61,056 bases of DNA, taken from the NCBI GenBank assembly GCA_964521535.1, contig CAZFSA010000003.1, forward strand, positions 1-61,056, read 5' to 3'. The notes beneath the pieces are model-generated. The model was given only the letters and a program-made list of their open reading frames with translations, was not told the origin of the DNA and made no database searches. The position numbers and the translations under genes are program-made. The number at the start of each line of letters is the position of its first letter. Position 1 is the first letter of the stretch. This DNA is from an uncultured Gemmatimonas sp. (GTDB lineage: Bacteria; Gemmatimonadota; Gemmatimonadetes; Gemmatimonadales; GWC2-71-9). Below are positions 28,717 through 39,067 of this stretch, one piece after another.

Positions 28717-29067
28717 GTGGAACAAGCCATACCAAACCTACCGGCGGATGACCTGCAGATGGCAAAGGCCTTCTGCGTCGGCAAGCTCGGGTTCAGCGTC
28801 ACGTACGAGGGACGGAGAACGGCGCGATCGGGTTGATCGGGTTCGCGACGCGGCGGGTTCGTCCTGCACTTGGATGCTCCGATGAGCGGGCACGGCCGTA
28901 ACGTGGTCGTGACGCTCGAGGTTGATGACGCGGATGCCCTCTACGACCAGTGGCGCCGGCAGGTTGAGATCGAGAGATCGCCGAGGAATGAGGATTGGGG
29001 AGGACGCACGTTCGGCGTCACCGATCCGTTCGGCAACCTGCTCTTTGTCGTTGGACCCGTCAAGTAG
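28717..29067 (+). pseudogene. VOC/glyoxalase (bleomycin-resistance-like) gene, frameshifted
   Basis: AIPNLPADDLQMAKAF..KLGF, then after frameshifts LEVDDADALY...EDWGGRTFGVTDPFGNLL. Confidence 0.8.
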
Positions 29068-29206
29068 ACCTGCCGTGACGGTGATTCCGCGACAGGTCCG
29101 CACACCCCGGGGCTGGCGGCCGACGCGGTAGAGGCCAGGACCCGCAGCGGATGGCGCCGGTTCACCCACCACCTGTACCTTCCGGTCTCTGCCCGGAGCG
29201 TCCTTG

Positions 29207-30319
29207 ATGCCACCGCTGCTCCCCCTCGGCGATGACCTGGGCCCCGCCAAGGTCATCCGGATCCACGAGCCGGCCTCGGGCCTGGACGCGGCTCTGGTAA
29301 TCGACAACGTGGCCCGGGGCCCCTCGATCGGCGGGCTCCGGATGGCGCCGGATGTCACGCTGGAGGAGTGCTTCCGGCTGGCCCGGGCGATGACCTTCAA
29401 GAACGCGGCCGCCGACCTCCGGCACGGCGGAGGCAAGGCGGTCCTCCGCGCCGACCCTCATCTGCCCCGCCCCGAGAAGGAACGCCTGATCCGGACCTTC
29501 GCCCACGCGCTCCGGCACGAGACCGACTACATCTTCGGGCCCGACATGGGTACCGACGAAACCTGCATGGGCTGGGTCCACGACGAGATCGGCCGGGCGG
29601 TGGGACTCCCGGCCGCGCTCGGGGGGATTCCGCTGGACGAGCTGGGTGCCACCGGCTGGGGTCTCCGCCATGCGGCTGAGGTGGCGGCGCCGTTCGCCAA
29701 GGTGAAGCTCAAGGGCGCGCGGGTGGCCGTTCAGGGCTTCGGCGCGGTGGGAAAGCACGCGGCCCGGTTCCTGGTGGAGGCCGGCGCGGTGCTGGTGGCG
29801 GCGAGCGATTCCCACGGGACGGCGCTCGATCCCGCCGGCCTGGATGTCGGCGCCCTGATCCGTCACAAGGACCAGGGCGGCACGCTGGCCGACGCCCCCG
29901 CGGCGAGGCACGGTGACCTCGACGTGATCCTGGATGCCGAGTGCGAGATCTGGATTCCCGCGGCGCGCCCGGACGTGGTGCGCGACGACAACGTGGGACG
30001 GCTCCGGACCCGGCTCATCCTCCAGGGCGCCAACATTCCGATCACCGAGACCGCGGAAGCGTCCCTGGCCGCGAACGGGGTGGTCGTGGTCCCCGACTTC
30101 ATCGCCAACGCGGGCGGGGTGATCTGCGCGGCGATGGAATACGCCGGAGCCACCCGGACCGCGGCCTTCGACGCCATCGCCGAGAAGATCCGGGGCAACG
30201 TCGAGGCGGTGCTGGCCCGGAGCCGCCGGGACAAGATGCTGCCCCGCGAGGCGGCGGTCGCCCTCGCCGGCGACCGGGTTCGGGCGGCGATGGCGCTCCG
30301 GCGGTATACCATCCTCTGA
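29207..30319 (+). CDS. Glu/Leu/Phe/Val dehydrogenase
   Basis: GGLR, AMTFKNA, GGGKAV, GPDMGT, VQGFGAVG, GANIP, PDFIANAGGV. Confidence 0.93.
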   Translation: MPPLLPLGDDLGPAKVIRIHEPASGLDAALVIDNVARGPSIGGLRMAPDVTLEECFRLARAMTFKNAAADLRHGGGKAVLRADPHLPRPEKERLIRTFAHALRHETDYIFGPDMGTDETCMGWVHDEIGRAVGLPAALGGIPLDELGATGWGLRHAAEVAAPFAKVKLKGARVAVQGFGAVGKHAARFLVEAGAVLVAASDSHGTALDPAGLDVGALIRHKDQGGTLADAPAARHGDLDVILDAECEIWIPAARPDVVRDDNVGRLRTRLILQGANIPITETAEASLAANGVVVVPDFIANAGGVICAAMEYAGATRTAAFDAIAEKIRGNVEAVLARSRRDKMLPREAAVALAGDRVRAAMALRRYTIL

Positions 30320-30496
30320 GCCGCGGGAAGCCCACCGGCATCGGCACCGGCGGCGATTGCCGCTTCGATCACCCGCACAAATCGGCACCGGCTCGCACAA
30401 GTCGGGTTACCGGCCCCTTCCCCAACCTTCCCAACGTCGGAGCGACCCTGGCGCGTCCCCGCGCCGCTCGCTCCTTCATCGCCGTTGGGAGGAATC

Positions 30497-31738
30497 ATGT
30501 CTTGCCGTCTCCGTGTGCTCGCCGTCGGCCTGGGCCTCACCCTGGCCGCCTGCTCCGCCGACGACCCGACCGTCACCGCGCCCGCCCTGCCCCCGGTGGC
30601 CCCGCCACCCGATCAACAGCCGCCGGCGCCCCCCTCGCTCGCCCAGGACCGGATCCGCCACGAGCGGCTGGCGCTCCGGATGGCCCAGGCGCTCCGGGAT
30701 CCCGGGTTCCGCCAGGCCGTCTGGCGGGCGATCGATGCCTCGCGCTACCGAGAGCAGAAGATCCATCTCCAGGCCTTTCTCGACGCCGACGGGGGGCTCC
30801 AGCGCCGGCGGCTGGCCGCCCTCTCGCTGGCCCCGGAAGCGGCCGTGGTCAAGGACCTGAACGAGGCCCCGACCCTGGAGTTCTACCTCCCCGTCCCGGA
30901 GCACCGCCGGCGCTGGCAGGGAGGGACCGACGTCCTCGTGGCCACGGCCGAGCTGGATGGCGACGCCCCCGTGGCCTACGACCTGATGGGACGCCGCCAG
31001 CGCCTCAGTCCCGACACCCCGCCCGACCTGCCGGTCCTGATGGTGAGCCGGGCGGAGCTGCGTTTCGACGCCGGCCCCCTGGGCATCGAGTGCCTCGCCG
31101 ACTGCGGCGGCGCCGGCGGCGGCGGCTCCTACACCGGCCCGCCCGCCGCCGGCCTCTTCCTCACCCAGACCCGCTTCAACGGCACCTACGAAAGCTGGTT
31201 CAAGGGAAGCCCGGAGTTCGAGATCCACGTCCTGGGCCGGGATGGCGCGAGCAGCAAGCTCCGCACCCTTCAGTGCGCGGGCGAACACGCTGGCGGCCCC
31301 TACGCCTTCGACCAGCAGAGCGACGCCTGGTCGGGGAGCGTGATGCTGTTCAGTCAGACCCAACTGGACCAGTACCGGGCGACCTATCCGGGGGAAGCGC
31401 TCCGGATCCTGGCGCTGGAGGATGACGACGGCACCTGCGTGATCAAGGTGGATTCGACCCGGGTGACCAAGATGCTCCAGCAGCTGAATGCGGCCTACGG
31501 CGGGTTCACCGGCGGGATCGACGCCAAGGACTCCTTCCTCCGGAAGATCTTCAAGGCGGCGCCGATCCTCTACACCGTCTACGCCGCGCTCGCCAACTGG
31601 TTCCTGACCAACGACGACCTGATCGGGAACGCGGTGGCCGACAGCGCCGCGGCCGCGGCGTTCTTCAACGGGGCCAACTGGGTGGTGAAGGGGGAGAACT
31701 CGGTGGCGAACGGCGGGCTCAGACTGGAGATGCGGTGA
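30497..31738 (+). CDS. Uncharacterised lipoprotein
   Basis: RBS GGAGG, lipobox LAAC, Pro-rich linker, CLADC plus Gly linker between two domains. Confidence 0.75.
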   Translation: MSCRLRVLAVGLGLTLAACSADDPTVTAPALPPVAPPPDQQPPAPPSLAQDRIRHERLALRMAQALRDPGFRQAVWRAIDASRYREQKIHLQAFLDADGGLQRRRLAALSLAPEAAVVKDLNEAPTLEFYLPVPEHRRRWQGGTDVLVATAELDGDAPVAYDLMGRRQRLSPDTPPDLPVLMVSRAELRFDAGPLGIECLADCGGAGGGGSYTGPPAAGLFLTQTRFNGTYESWFKGSPEFEIHVLGRDGASSKLRTLQCAGEHAGGPYAFDQQSDAWSGSVMLFSQTQLDQYRATYPGEALRILALEDDDGTCVIKVDSTRVTKMLQQLNAAYGGFTGGIDAKDSFLRKIFKAAPILYTVYAALANWFLTNDDLIGNAVADSAAAAAFFNGANWVVKGENSVANGGLRLEMR

Positions 31739-32156
31739 CCACCGAGCGCCCGCAGGAGGAGCAGAAGAGCGCGTCCGCCTCGGGCCGGGGGCCGCACCGC
31801 GGGCAGCTCGCCGCCCCACCCCCCGGGGTGGCGAGCTCGGCCGCGCGCCGGGCCACCAGGGCTTCGGCCTCGTCGCGCGGCCTCGCTTCCTCCTCGCGGA
31901 GCACCGCCAGCGCCTCGTCGACGAACCGGGCCTTGAGCGACTCGTAGTCGCTGTCGGCCAGTTTGCCGGTGGCATGGTCGAAGTCGAGATCGCGAATGGC
32001 CAGGAGGGCCTGGCCCCGGCGGGTTTCCTCCGGCGGCAGGCCCTCCTCGTCCGCGGCCAGGTCCCGGCCGGTGTCCGCCGCGCCGAGGAGTGGGCCGAGC
32101 ACGATCGCCAGGACCAGGAGGCCCAGGAGCGCGGCGGCCACGAGCTCCAGCGTCAC
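31719..32156 (-). CDS. CcmI-like membrane-anchored protein with C-terminal zinc ribbon
   Basis: N-terminal TM, IRDLDFDHATGKLADSDY, CPRCG...FCSSCG; last gene of the ccm operon. Confidence 0.7.
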   Translation of the reverse strand: MTLELVAAALLGLLVLAIVLGPLLGAADTGRDLAADEEGLPPEETRRGQALLAIRDLDFDHATGKLADSDYESLKARFVDEALAVLREEEARPRDEAEALVARRAAELATPGGGAASCPRCGPRPEADALFCSSCGRSVVTASPV

Positions 32157-32740
32157 TGATCCAGCTCTCGAACGGCTCGCTCCAGGCGGGCCAGCTCATC
32201 CGGCGATCCGTCCGGCTCCGGTGGAGGGGCGCCGGTCACGCCTGGTGCAGCCGGCGCCGCGGCTACCCGGTCCCGGCGAAGCAGTACCCAGGCCAGCAGC
32301 GTCCCCGCTCCCAGGATCGCCGCGCCGGGGAGGACGTAGCCCAGCACGCCGAAGCCGGCTGCCCGCGGGGCCATCAGGATCTGCTCGCCATACTTGGCGA
32401 CGAAGTCGTCGACCACCTGGTCCGGCGTCCGGCCCGCCTCGAGCAGCGCGATCACCTCGCGGTGCAGGGCCGGCGAGTAGGTGCAGGTGAAGTCGGTGGT
32501 GCGACAGGTGTAGATGTCGAGCCCGCAGGGACAGGTGCACCCCAGCTTCCGCTCGATCACCTTGACGATGGGATCGTTGTCCATGATGCGGACTTCGGCC
32601 CGCGGCCGCCCGGCCCAGTCGGGCCGGGCCAAGGGGTCGGCGGCGCGGGCGGTGTCGCCCGGGGTCTGGGCCCGAACCGAAGCGCCCGCCGCCAGGGCTG
32701 CCGGGGCGCCGAGCCAGGCGAGGAACCGGCGACGATTCAT
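32153..32740 (-). CDS. ccmH: Cytochrome c biogenesis protein CcmH
   Basis: LGCTCPCG...FVAKYGEQILMAP followed by a TM segment; follows ccmF. Confidence 0.8.
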   Translation of the reverse strand: MNRRRFLAWLGAPAALAAGASVRAQTPGDTARAADPLARPDWAGRPRAEVRIMDNDPIVKVIERKLGCTCPCGLDIYTCRTTDFTCTYSPALHREVIALLEAGRTPDQVVDDFVAKYGEQILMAPRAAGFGVLGYVLPGAAILGAGTLLAWVLLRRDRVAAAPAAPGVTGAPPPEPDGSPDELARLERAVRELDQ

Positions 32741-34764
32741 GCGGGCACCGCCTCCTCCGCCTGCCGCTCGGCCCGGCGGATCGGGACCGGCACCGGCGCG
32801 GCGCCACCGGGCCAGAGGGTGATCAGGCCGCCGAGCACCAGGAGACCGCCCCCAAACCAGACCCACCAGACCAGCGGGTGTACGGTGATGGCGAAGGACG
32901 CCCGGTCGGTGAAGTCCACGGTTCCGGCGAAGACCACGTACAGGTCCTCCCGGAGGGAGCCCATGATGCCCACTTCGGTGGAAGGCTGGAAGGTGGGCTG
33001 ACCGAAGCTGTCGACGTGCTGGCGCTTCTCGGAGAACACCCTGCCCACCCGCTTGCCGTTCCGGCTGACCTCGAGCGCCGCGGCCGTCACCCGGCGGTTC
33101 AGGGCCTCGTATTGCGAGAGCCCCATGTGGGTCAGCGTGTAGGTGTGACCGTACGGGCTTCGAATGTCCACCGACTCGCCCACGTTGAGGGTGGCCTCCC
33201 TGGTGACCTTGAAGGCCCCGCCCGCGAACGCCACGAAGTAGACCACGATCGCCACGTGGACGATGTAGCCGCCGTAGCGCCGCCGGTTCTTGCCGATCAG
33301 CTTCAGGAACGCGAGCGGCGGGGACTCCTGGTAGAGCCGGCCCCGGGCCCGGATGCCCCGATAGAACTCCTGCGCCACGGTTCCGAGCACGAACCCACCG
33401 AGCCCGAACGCCATCAAGGCGTAGCCATCGCGGATCCCGACCGCGGCCAGGACGGCCACGGTCACCACGCCACTGACCAGCGGCCAGAGGAACTGCCGCT
33501 GGAGATTCGGGAGCGAGGTCTTGCGCCACGCAATGAGCGGTCCGATGCCGGTCAGGGCGAGGAGCATCAGGCCGAGGGGCACGTTCACCTTGTTGAAGAA
33601 CGGCGGCCCGACCGAGATCTTGGTGCCCCGCACCCACTCGGAGAGGATCGGGAAGAGCGTGCCCCAGAGCACGCTGAAGGCCACGCCCACCAGCGCCAGG
33701 TTATTGAACAGAAACGCCGCCTCCCGGCTGGCCAGGGATTCCAGCTGGGCGTCGGGCTCGAGCGCCGGCCACCGGGTGTAGAGCAGCGTGAAGCTCAGCG
33801 CGCCGGCGATCACCAGAAATCCGAGAAAGAGATACCCGACGCTCGACTGCGCGAAGCTGTGGACGCTCGCGATCACCCCCGACCGGGTCAGGAAGGTGCC
33901 CAGGATCGAAAGCAGGAACGATCCGATGACCAGCCCCAGGTTCCAGCGCTTGAGCATCCCGCGCTTCTCCTGGATCATCACCGAATGGAGAAACGCCGTG
34001 ATGGTGAGCCAGGGCAGCAGGCTGGCGTTCTCCACCGGGTCCCAGGCCCAGTACCCTCCCCATCCCAGCTCCACGTAGGCCCACCACATGCCGATGGTGG
34101 TGCCGACCGACAGGAAGAGCCAGGACAGCAGCGACCACTTGCGAATGGCGTGCACCCAGCCCGAGTCGAGCTTCCGGGACAGGAGGGCGGCGATCGCGAA
34201 GGCGAACGGAATGGTGATCCCGATATACCCGATGTAGAGCATCGGCGGGTGGATCACCATGCCGGGGTTCTGGAGCTGGGGGTTGAGCCCCCGGCCGTCG
34301 GCCGGGGTGAAGGGCAGTCGCTCGAAGGGATTGGCCCCGCCCACCAGCATCACCAGGACAAAGAACACCAGCACCGCGCTGGTGACGCCCGCCACGTACG
34401 GCAGGAGGTCCCGGTACCGGGCGCTGGTGACCGCCTGGGTGAGGGCCGCGAAGCTGGAGAGGACCAGCGCCCAGAAGAGGAGCGACCCCTTCTGGCCCGC
34501 CCAGAAGGCCGCGAACAGGTAGTAGTCCGGGAGGTTCCGGGAGGTGTAGGCGGCGACGTACTCGATGTTGAAGTCGTGCGCGAAGAGGCCCTTCCAGAGC
34601 GCGAGCGAGGCGACCCAGATCAGAAGAGCCAGGGCGTACGGGGCCCGGGTAACGGCGGCGGTCAGGTCGGCCCGGCCCCTCCAGCGGCCCGAGAGGGAGA
34701 CCACCGCGGTCCAGACGCCCAGCAGCAGGGCCGCCCAGAGCGCAAAATTGCCGAGCAGCGTCAC
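32737..34764 (-). CDS. ccmF: Heme lyase CcmF/NrfE
   Basis: GLNPQLQ, HPPMLY, WAYVELGWGGYWAWDPVENAS, SVHSFA. Confidence 0.97.
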   Translation of the reverse strand: MTLLGNFALWAALLLGVWTAVVSLSGRWRGRADLTAAVTRAPYALALLIWVASLALWKGLFAHDFNIEYVAAYTSRNLPDYYLFAAFWAGQKGSLLFWALVLSSFAALTQAVTSARYRDLLPYVAGVTSAVLVFFVLVMLVGGANPFERLPFTPADGRGLNPQLQNPGMVIHPPMLYIGYIGITIPFAFAIAALLSRKLDSGWVHAIRKWSLLSWLFLSVGTTIGMWWAYVELGWGGYWAWDPVENASLLPWLTITAFLHSVMIQEKRGMLKRWNLGLVIGSFLLSILGTFLTRSGVIASVHSFAQSSVGYLFLGFLVIAGALSFTLLYTRWPALEPDAQLESLASREAAFLFNNLALVGVAFSVLWGTLFPILSEWVRGTKISVGPPFFNKVNVPLGLMLLALTGIGPLIAWRKTSLPNLQRQFLWPLVSGVVTVAVLAAVGIRDGYALMAFGLGGFVLGTVAQEFYRGIRARGRLYQESPPLAFLKLIGKNRRRYGGYIVHVAIVVYFVAFAGGAFKVTREATLNVGESVDIRSPYGHTYTLTHMGLSQYEALNRRVTAAALEVSRNGKRVGRVFSEKRQHVDSFGQPTFQPSTEVGIMGSLREDLYVVFAGTVDFTDRASFAITVHPLVWWVWFGGGLLVLGGLITLWPGGAAPVPVPIRRAERQAEEAVPA

Positions 34765-34774
34765 CTGGCTTGCC

Positions 34775-35200
34775 TCAGCTCTGCCGCTTCAGATCGTCCA
34801 TCGCGGCCTCGTAGCGCGAGCCGCACTTGGCCAGGACCTCGGTGGCGTGGAACACGCCGTCCCGGCCCAGCTTGCCGGACATGATCACTTCGATGTCGTT
34901 GGCGTCGGTGAAGGTGTCGGGCACCAGACCCTCGTAGGTGACCGGAAAGCTCCGGGAGCCGTCGCTCACCTCGAAGGCAATCCGCTGGCTCCCCGGATCC
35001 CGCTGGATGGAGCCGGGCACCACCTTGGCCCCGACCTTGAGGCCGACGTCGTGAAAGGACGGGTCTCGCTCGGTACGGTCCAGCAGCTCGCTGGGACTCA
35101 GGAAGTAGACCCCGGTTTGCTTCACCCCCTGGAAGATCAGGGCAAAGACCGCCAGGACGATCACCGACGCGCCCAGCGCGAACTTCGAAGACGGCTTCAC
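34775..35200 (-). CDS. ccmE: Heme chaperone CcmE (CxxxY variant)
   Basis: N-terminal TM, VTYEG..PDTF, FHATEVLAKCGSRY. Confidence 0.9.
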   Translation of the reverse strand: MKPSSKFALGASVIVLAVFALIFQGVKQTGVYFLSPSELLDRTERDPSFHDVGLKVGAKVVPGSIQRDPGSQRIAFEVSDGSRSFPVTYEGLVPDTFTDANDIEVIMSGKLGRDGVFHATEVLAKCGSRYEAAMDDLKRQS

Positions 35201-35252
35201 GGAGCAACCCCTGCCGGAACCTCCCGGATTATAACCCGCCGGCCCCCGGTCC

Positions 35253-36731
35253 TCACCCCCCGCGGGCCCAGTGCAGAGTGGCCGCCACGGCCCGGTTCCA
35301 GCCCTGGACCCACCGCTCGCGCTCTTCCGGTCCGACCCGGGGATGAAATGCGGTCAGCTGCCGCGTAGCGACGAAATCGTCCAGGCTCGGCCAGACCCCG
35401 GTGGCCAGCCCCGCCAGGGCGGCCGCGCCCAGCGCGGTGGTCTCCACCACGTCGGGCCGCTCCACGGGAACGCCGAGGACATCGGCCTGGAACTGCATCA
35501 GCCAGTTGTTGGCGGTGGCCCCCCCGTCCACCCGGAGCCGGGGCAGGTGGAGGCCGGTTGCCGCCAGCATCCCCTCCAGAAGATCGCGAGAGCCGAAGGC
35601 CATGGATTCCAGGCCGGCCCGGACCAGGTGAGCGCGGGTGGTTCCGCGGGTGATGCCGGTGATGGTGCCGCGGGCGGCCGGCTCCCAGTGGGGCGAGCCC
35701 AACCCCACGAACGCCGGTACGAAGTGGACGCCTCCGGTGTCGGGGACGGAGGCGGCCAGCACCGCGGACTCGGCGGCGGTGGGAAGGATGCCGAGGCCGT
35801 CGCGGAGCCACTGGATGACCGCGCCCGCAATGAACACGCTGCCCTCCAGCGCATGGGCCACCCCGCCTTTGGCGTTGCAGGCAGCGGTGGCCAGCAGGCC
35901 CGGACCGGGAGTCGGGGGCTCGGCTCCGGAATAGAGCAGGAGGAACGCGCCGGTTCCGTAGGTGTTCTTGGCCATCCCCGGACTGGCACAGCCCTGGCCG
36001 AACAGCGCGGCCTGCTGGTCGCCCGCGATTCCCGCGATCGGGATCCGGTGCCCCAGGACCGCCGGGTCGGTTTCCGCCACCACCGCACTGGACGGCACGA
36101 TGGCCGGCAGCAGCGATCGGGGCACGTTGAAGAGGGCGAGCAGCTCGGGATCCCAGTCCCGGGCGGCCAGGTTGTAGAGGAGCGTGCGCGAGGCGTTGGT
36201 GGGGTCGGTGAGGTGGGGCGCGCCGCCCGCCAGCCGGGCGATCAGCCAGCTGTCCACCGTGCCGGCGGCGAGTTCCCCGCGCTCCGCCCGGGCCCGGAGG
36301 TCGTGGCTGGCCAGCAGCCATTCGAGCTTGGTGCCGGAGAAGTAGGGGTCGAGCACCAAGCCGGTCCTCGCCCGGACCATGGGCTCGACCCCGGCCGACT
36401 TGAGGGCCGCACAGCGGGCGGTGGTCCGGCGATCCTGCCAGACGATGGCCGGGGCGACGGGCCGGAGGGTCCGGCGCTCCCAGATCACCACCGTCTCGCG
36501 CTGATTGGTGATCCCGACGGCCACCGGCCGCTCGCCAGCCTGCGCCAGCGCCGCCCGGGCCGAGGCCACGGTCGACTCCAGGAGATCCATCGGGTCGTGC
36601 TCCACCCACCCCGGCTCCGGAAAGTGCTGGGGGAACTCCTGACGGGCCTCGGCCAGCACCCTGCCGTCCTGATGGATGACCACGGCCCGGGAGCTGGTGG
36701 TGCCCTGATCGAGGGCCAACACGGCTGGCAT
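35253..36731 (-). CDS. glpK: Glycerol kinase
   Basis: LDQGTTSSRA, GITNQRET, WQDRRT, DPYFSGTK, GDQQAALFGQ, KNTYGTG. Confidence 0.97.
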   Translation of the reverse strand: MPAVLALDQGTTSSRAVVIHQDGRVLAEARQEFPQHFPEPGWVEHDPMDLLESTVASARAALAQAGERPVAVGITNQRETVVIWERRTLRPVAPAIVWQDRRTTARCAALKSAGVEPMVRARTGLVLDPYFSGTKLEWLLASHDLRARAERGELAAGTVDSWLIARLAGGAPHLTDPTNASRTLLYNLAARDWDPELLALFNVPRSLLPAIVPSSAVVAETDPAVLGHRIPIAGIAGDQQAALFGQGCASPGMAKNTYGTGAFLLLYSGAEPPTPGPGLLATAACNAKGGVAHALEGSVFIAGAVIQWLRDGLGILPTAAESAVLAASVPDTGGVHFVPAFVGLGSPHWEPAARGTITGITRGTTRAHLVRAGLESMAFGSRDLLEGMLAATGLHLPRLRVDGGATANNWLMQFQADVLGVPVERPDVVETTALGAAALAGLATGVWPSLDDFVATRQLTAFHPRVGPEERERWVQGWNRAVAATLHWARGG

Positions 36732-36814
36732 GCTCGAATTGTACGTTGGGGTGGAAGGGGCCAGGCAACCGGCTAACTTGAAGGCCTTACCTCCAACCTG
36801 GCGTTCCGACATCC

Positions 36815-37597
36815 ATGGCCTATTCCTCACTGCTGTTCGACGTCCGGGACGGAGTCGCGGTGATCACCGTGAACCGTCCCGAGAAGCTCAACGCCCTCAA
36901 CGCCACCGTGATCGGAGAGCTGGGCACGGCCGTGGACGCGGTCCGTTCCACCACCGAGATCCGCGCCGCCGTGATCACCGGCGCCGGCCCCAAGTCCTTC
37001 GTGGCGGGCGCCGACATCTCGGAGTTTCAGACCCTGAGCGGGCCCACCGCGCGCCGGCACTCGGCCCGAGGGTCCGGGATCTTCCGGAGCATCGAGAAGT
37101 GCCCCAAGCCCTGGATCGCGGCGGTGAACGGCTTCGCCCTGGGCGGCGGGTGCGAGCTGGCCATGGCGTGCCACATCCGCCTGGCAAGCGAGAACGCGAA
37201 GTTCGGGCAGCCGGAAGTGAAGCTGGGGATCCCGCCGGGCTATGGCGGGACGGTCCGGCTGGCCCGGCTGGTAGGCCGGGGCCGGGCGATCGAGCTGCTC
37301 ACGACCGGAGCGATGATCGACGCCGCCGAGGCCTACCGGATCGGGCTGGTGAACCGGGTCCATCCCGCCGATCAACTGCTCGCCGAGGCGGAGAAGCTGG
37401 CCCGGACCATCGGCGCCAATGCCCCGCTCGCCGTGGCCGCCTGCCTCGACCTTGCCACGGTGCAGGACGGGATGCAGCTGGACGATGCCCTGGCGATGGA
37501 GTCGGCGCTCTTCGGCGTGGTGTTCGAGACGGCAGATGCCCGCGAGGGCGCCACGGCATTCTTGGAGAAGCGCGCCCCGGTCTGGCAGGGACGCTGA
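36815..37597 (+). CDS. Enoyl-CoA hydratase/crotonase
   Basis: NRPEKLNALN, FVAGADI, GGGCELAMAC, FGQPEVKLG. Confidence 0.93.
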   Translation: MAYSSLLFDVRDGVAVITVNRPEKLNALNATVIGELGTAVDAVRSTTEIRAAVITGAGPKSFVAGADISEFQTLSGPTARRHSARGSGIFRSIEKCPKPWIAAVNGFALGGGCELAMACHIRLASENAKFGQPEVKLGIPPGYGGTVRLARLVGRGRAIELLTTGAMIDAAEAYRIGLVNRVHPADQLLAEAEKLARTIGANAPLAVAACLDLATVQDGMQLDDALAMESALFGVVFETADAREGATAFLEKRAPVWQGR

Positions 37598-37619
37598 ACG
37601 CGGGGTCGTTCGTCCGCCA

Positions 37620-38720
37620 ATGCGTGCGTTGCGTCTCACCGCCCGGGGATTCCGGAACCTGGCGCCGTTGGAGCTGTCGCTCCCGGTCGGGGGCGCCGTG
37701 CTCCTGGGCCCGAACGGGCATGGCAAGACCAGCCTGCTCGAGGCGATCTACTATCCGGTGATCTTCCGGAGCATGCGCGGCGCCCCGGACGCCGAGGTCG
37801 TGGCCTCGGCAGAGCAGGCCTTCCACCTGAGCCTCACTGTTCGAGGCCCGGGGGAGGTTGAGCGGGTGGTCGAGGCCGGCTTCGCCCACGAAGGCCGCCG
37901 CAAGCTGGTGAGGGTCGATGGCGCCGAGCAGGAGCGCGTCAGCGACGCGATGGGCGTCTGGCTGGCGGTGGCGTTCCAGCCGTCCGACGTCGGGCTGATC
38001 TCGGGTGGGGCGCGGGAGCGGCGGCGGTACCTGGACCGGGTCCTCTCCCTGGCCGACCGGGCCTACCTGACCGCGGCCCGCCGCTACCGGGCCGCCCTCG
38101 AGCAGCGCAACGCGGCCCTCCGGCGAGGACGGGCGAACGAGGCCGCGGCGTTCGACGCCGCCCTGGCCGTGGCCGGAGCGACGCTGATCCGGGAGCGGAA
38201 GGCATGGGTGGCCGAGTGGGGGCCGGAGGTTGCCCGGACCTGCGACGCGCTGGGGGAGCCGATGGCGGTGACGGTGGACTACAGGGGGATCGGTGCGTTG
38301 GCGGACCCCGCCGCCTGGCCCGAGGTCCTGGCGGACGCCCGCGCGAGGGACCGGGCCGCGCGATCGACGACCGTGGGACCCCACCGGGACGACCTCATCC
38401 TCCGCCTGAACGGCGCCCTCCTCCGGGACCTGGGCTCCACTGGCCAGCAGCGGACCGCTGCCATCGCGCTCAAGCTGTGCGAGCATGGCACGCTGACCGC
38501 CCGGACCGGCCGGAAGCCGGCGCTGCTCCTCGACGACGTATTCGCCGAGCTGGACCGGGCCCGGCAGGAGCTGCTGGCCGCGACGCTCGCCGCCCCGGAG
38601 CGGGGACAGGTGGTGGTGACGGCCCCCCGGCGCGATGAGCTGCCCGCCGGGCTGGGCCTTCCGGTGTTCGCGGTGCGGGACGGCCGGGTGGTCCAGGATC
38701 CGGAGCGGGCTCTGGCATGA
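37620..38720 (+). CDS. recF: DNA replication/repair protein RecF
   Basis: FRNL, GPNGHGKT, ERRRYLD, QRNAAL, GPHRDD, STGQQR, LLLDDVFAELD. Confidence 0.95.
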   Translation: MRALRLTARGFRNLAPLELSLPVGGAVLLGPNGHGKTSLLEAIYYPVIFRSMRGAPDAEVVASAEQAFHLSLTVRGPGEVERVVEAGFAHEGRRKLVRVDGAEQERVSDAMGVWLAVAFQPSDVGLISGGARERRRYLDRVLSLADRAYLTAARRYRAALEQRNAALRRGRANEAAAFDAALAVAGATLIRERKAWVAEWGPEVARTCDALGEPMAVTVDYRGIGALADPAAWPEVLADARARDRAARSTTVGPHRDDLILRLNGALLRDLGSTGQQRTAAIALKLCEHGTLTARTGRKPALLLDDVFAELDRARQELLAATLAAPERGQVVVTAPRRDELPAGLGLPVFAVRDGRVVQDPERALA

Positions 38721-39067
38721 CGCCCCGGCGCCCCGACCGACTGGCGGACCTGGTGGGAGAATACCTCACCGAGGAGGGCCTGGCCGAGCGGGTGGACCTG
38801 GCTGGTGCGGTGGACCGGTGGGCCGCGGCGGTCGGGCCGCAGGTCGCGGCCGTCACCCGGGCCGAATCGGTCTCGGCGGACGGTACCCTGTGGGTCCGGG
38901 TGCTGTCGTCGGCGTGGGCCGCCGAACTCTCGCTCATGGCACCCGGGATTCTGGCCCGCCTCAACGCCGGGCGCACAGGCCGGATCCGGGAGCTGCGATG
39001 CCGGGTGGGACCGGTTCGCCCGCCCCCGCCTACGGCTGCGGACGGAGATCCAGCGACACCGAGTTGA
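38717..39067 (+). CDS. dciA: DciA (DUF721) helicase-loader-like protein
   Basis: W...[20 protein letters not shown]; directly after recF. Confidence 0.85.
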   Translation: MTPRRPDRLADLVGEYLTEEGLAERVDLAGAVDRWAAAVGPQVAAVTRAESVSADGTLWVRVLSSAWAAELSLMAPGILARLNAGRTGRIRELRCRVGPVRPPPPTAADGDPATPS

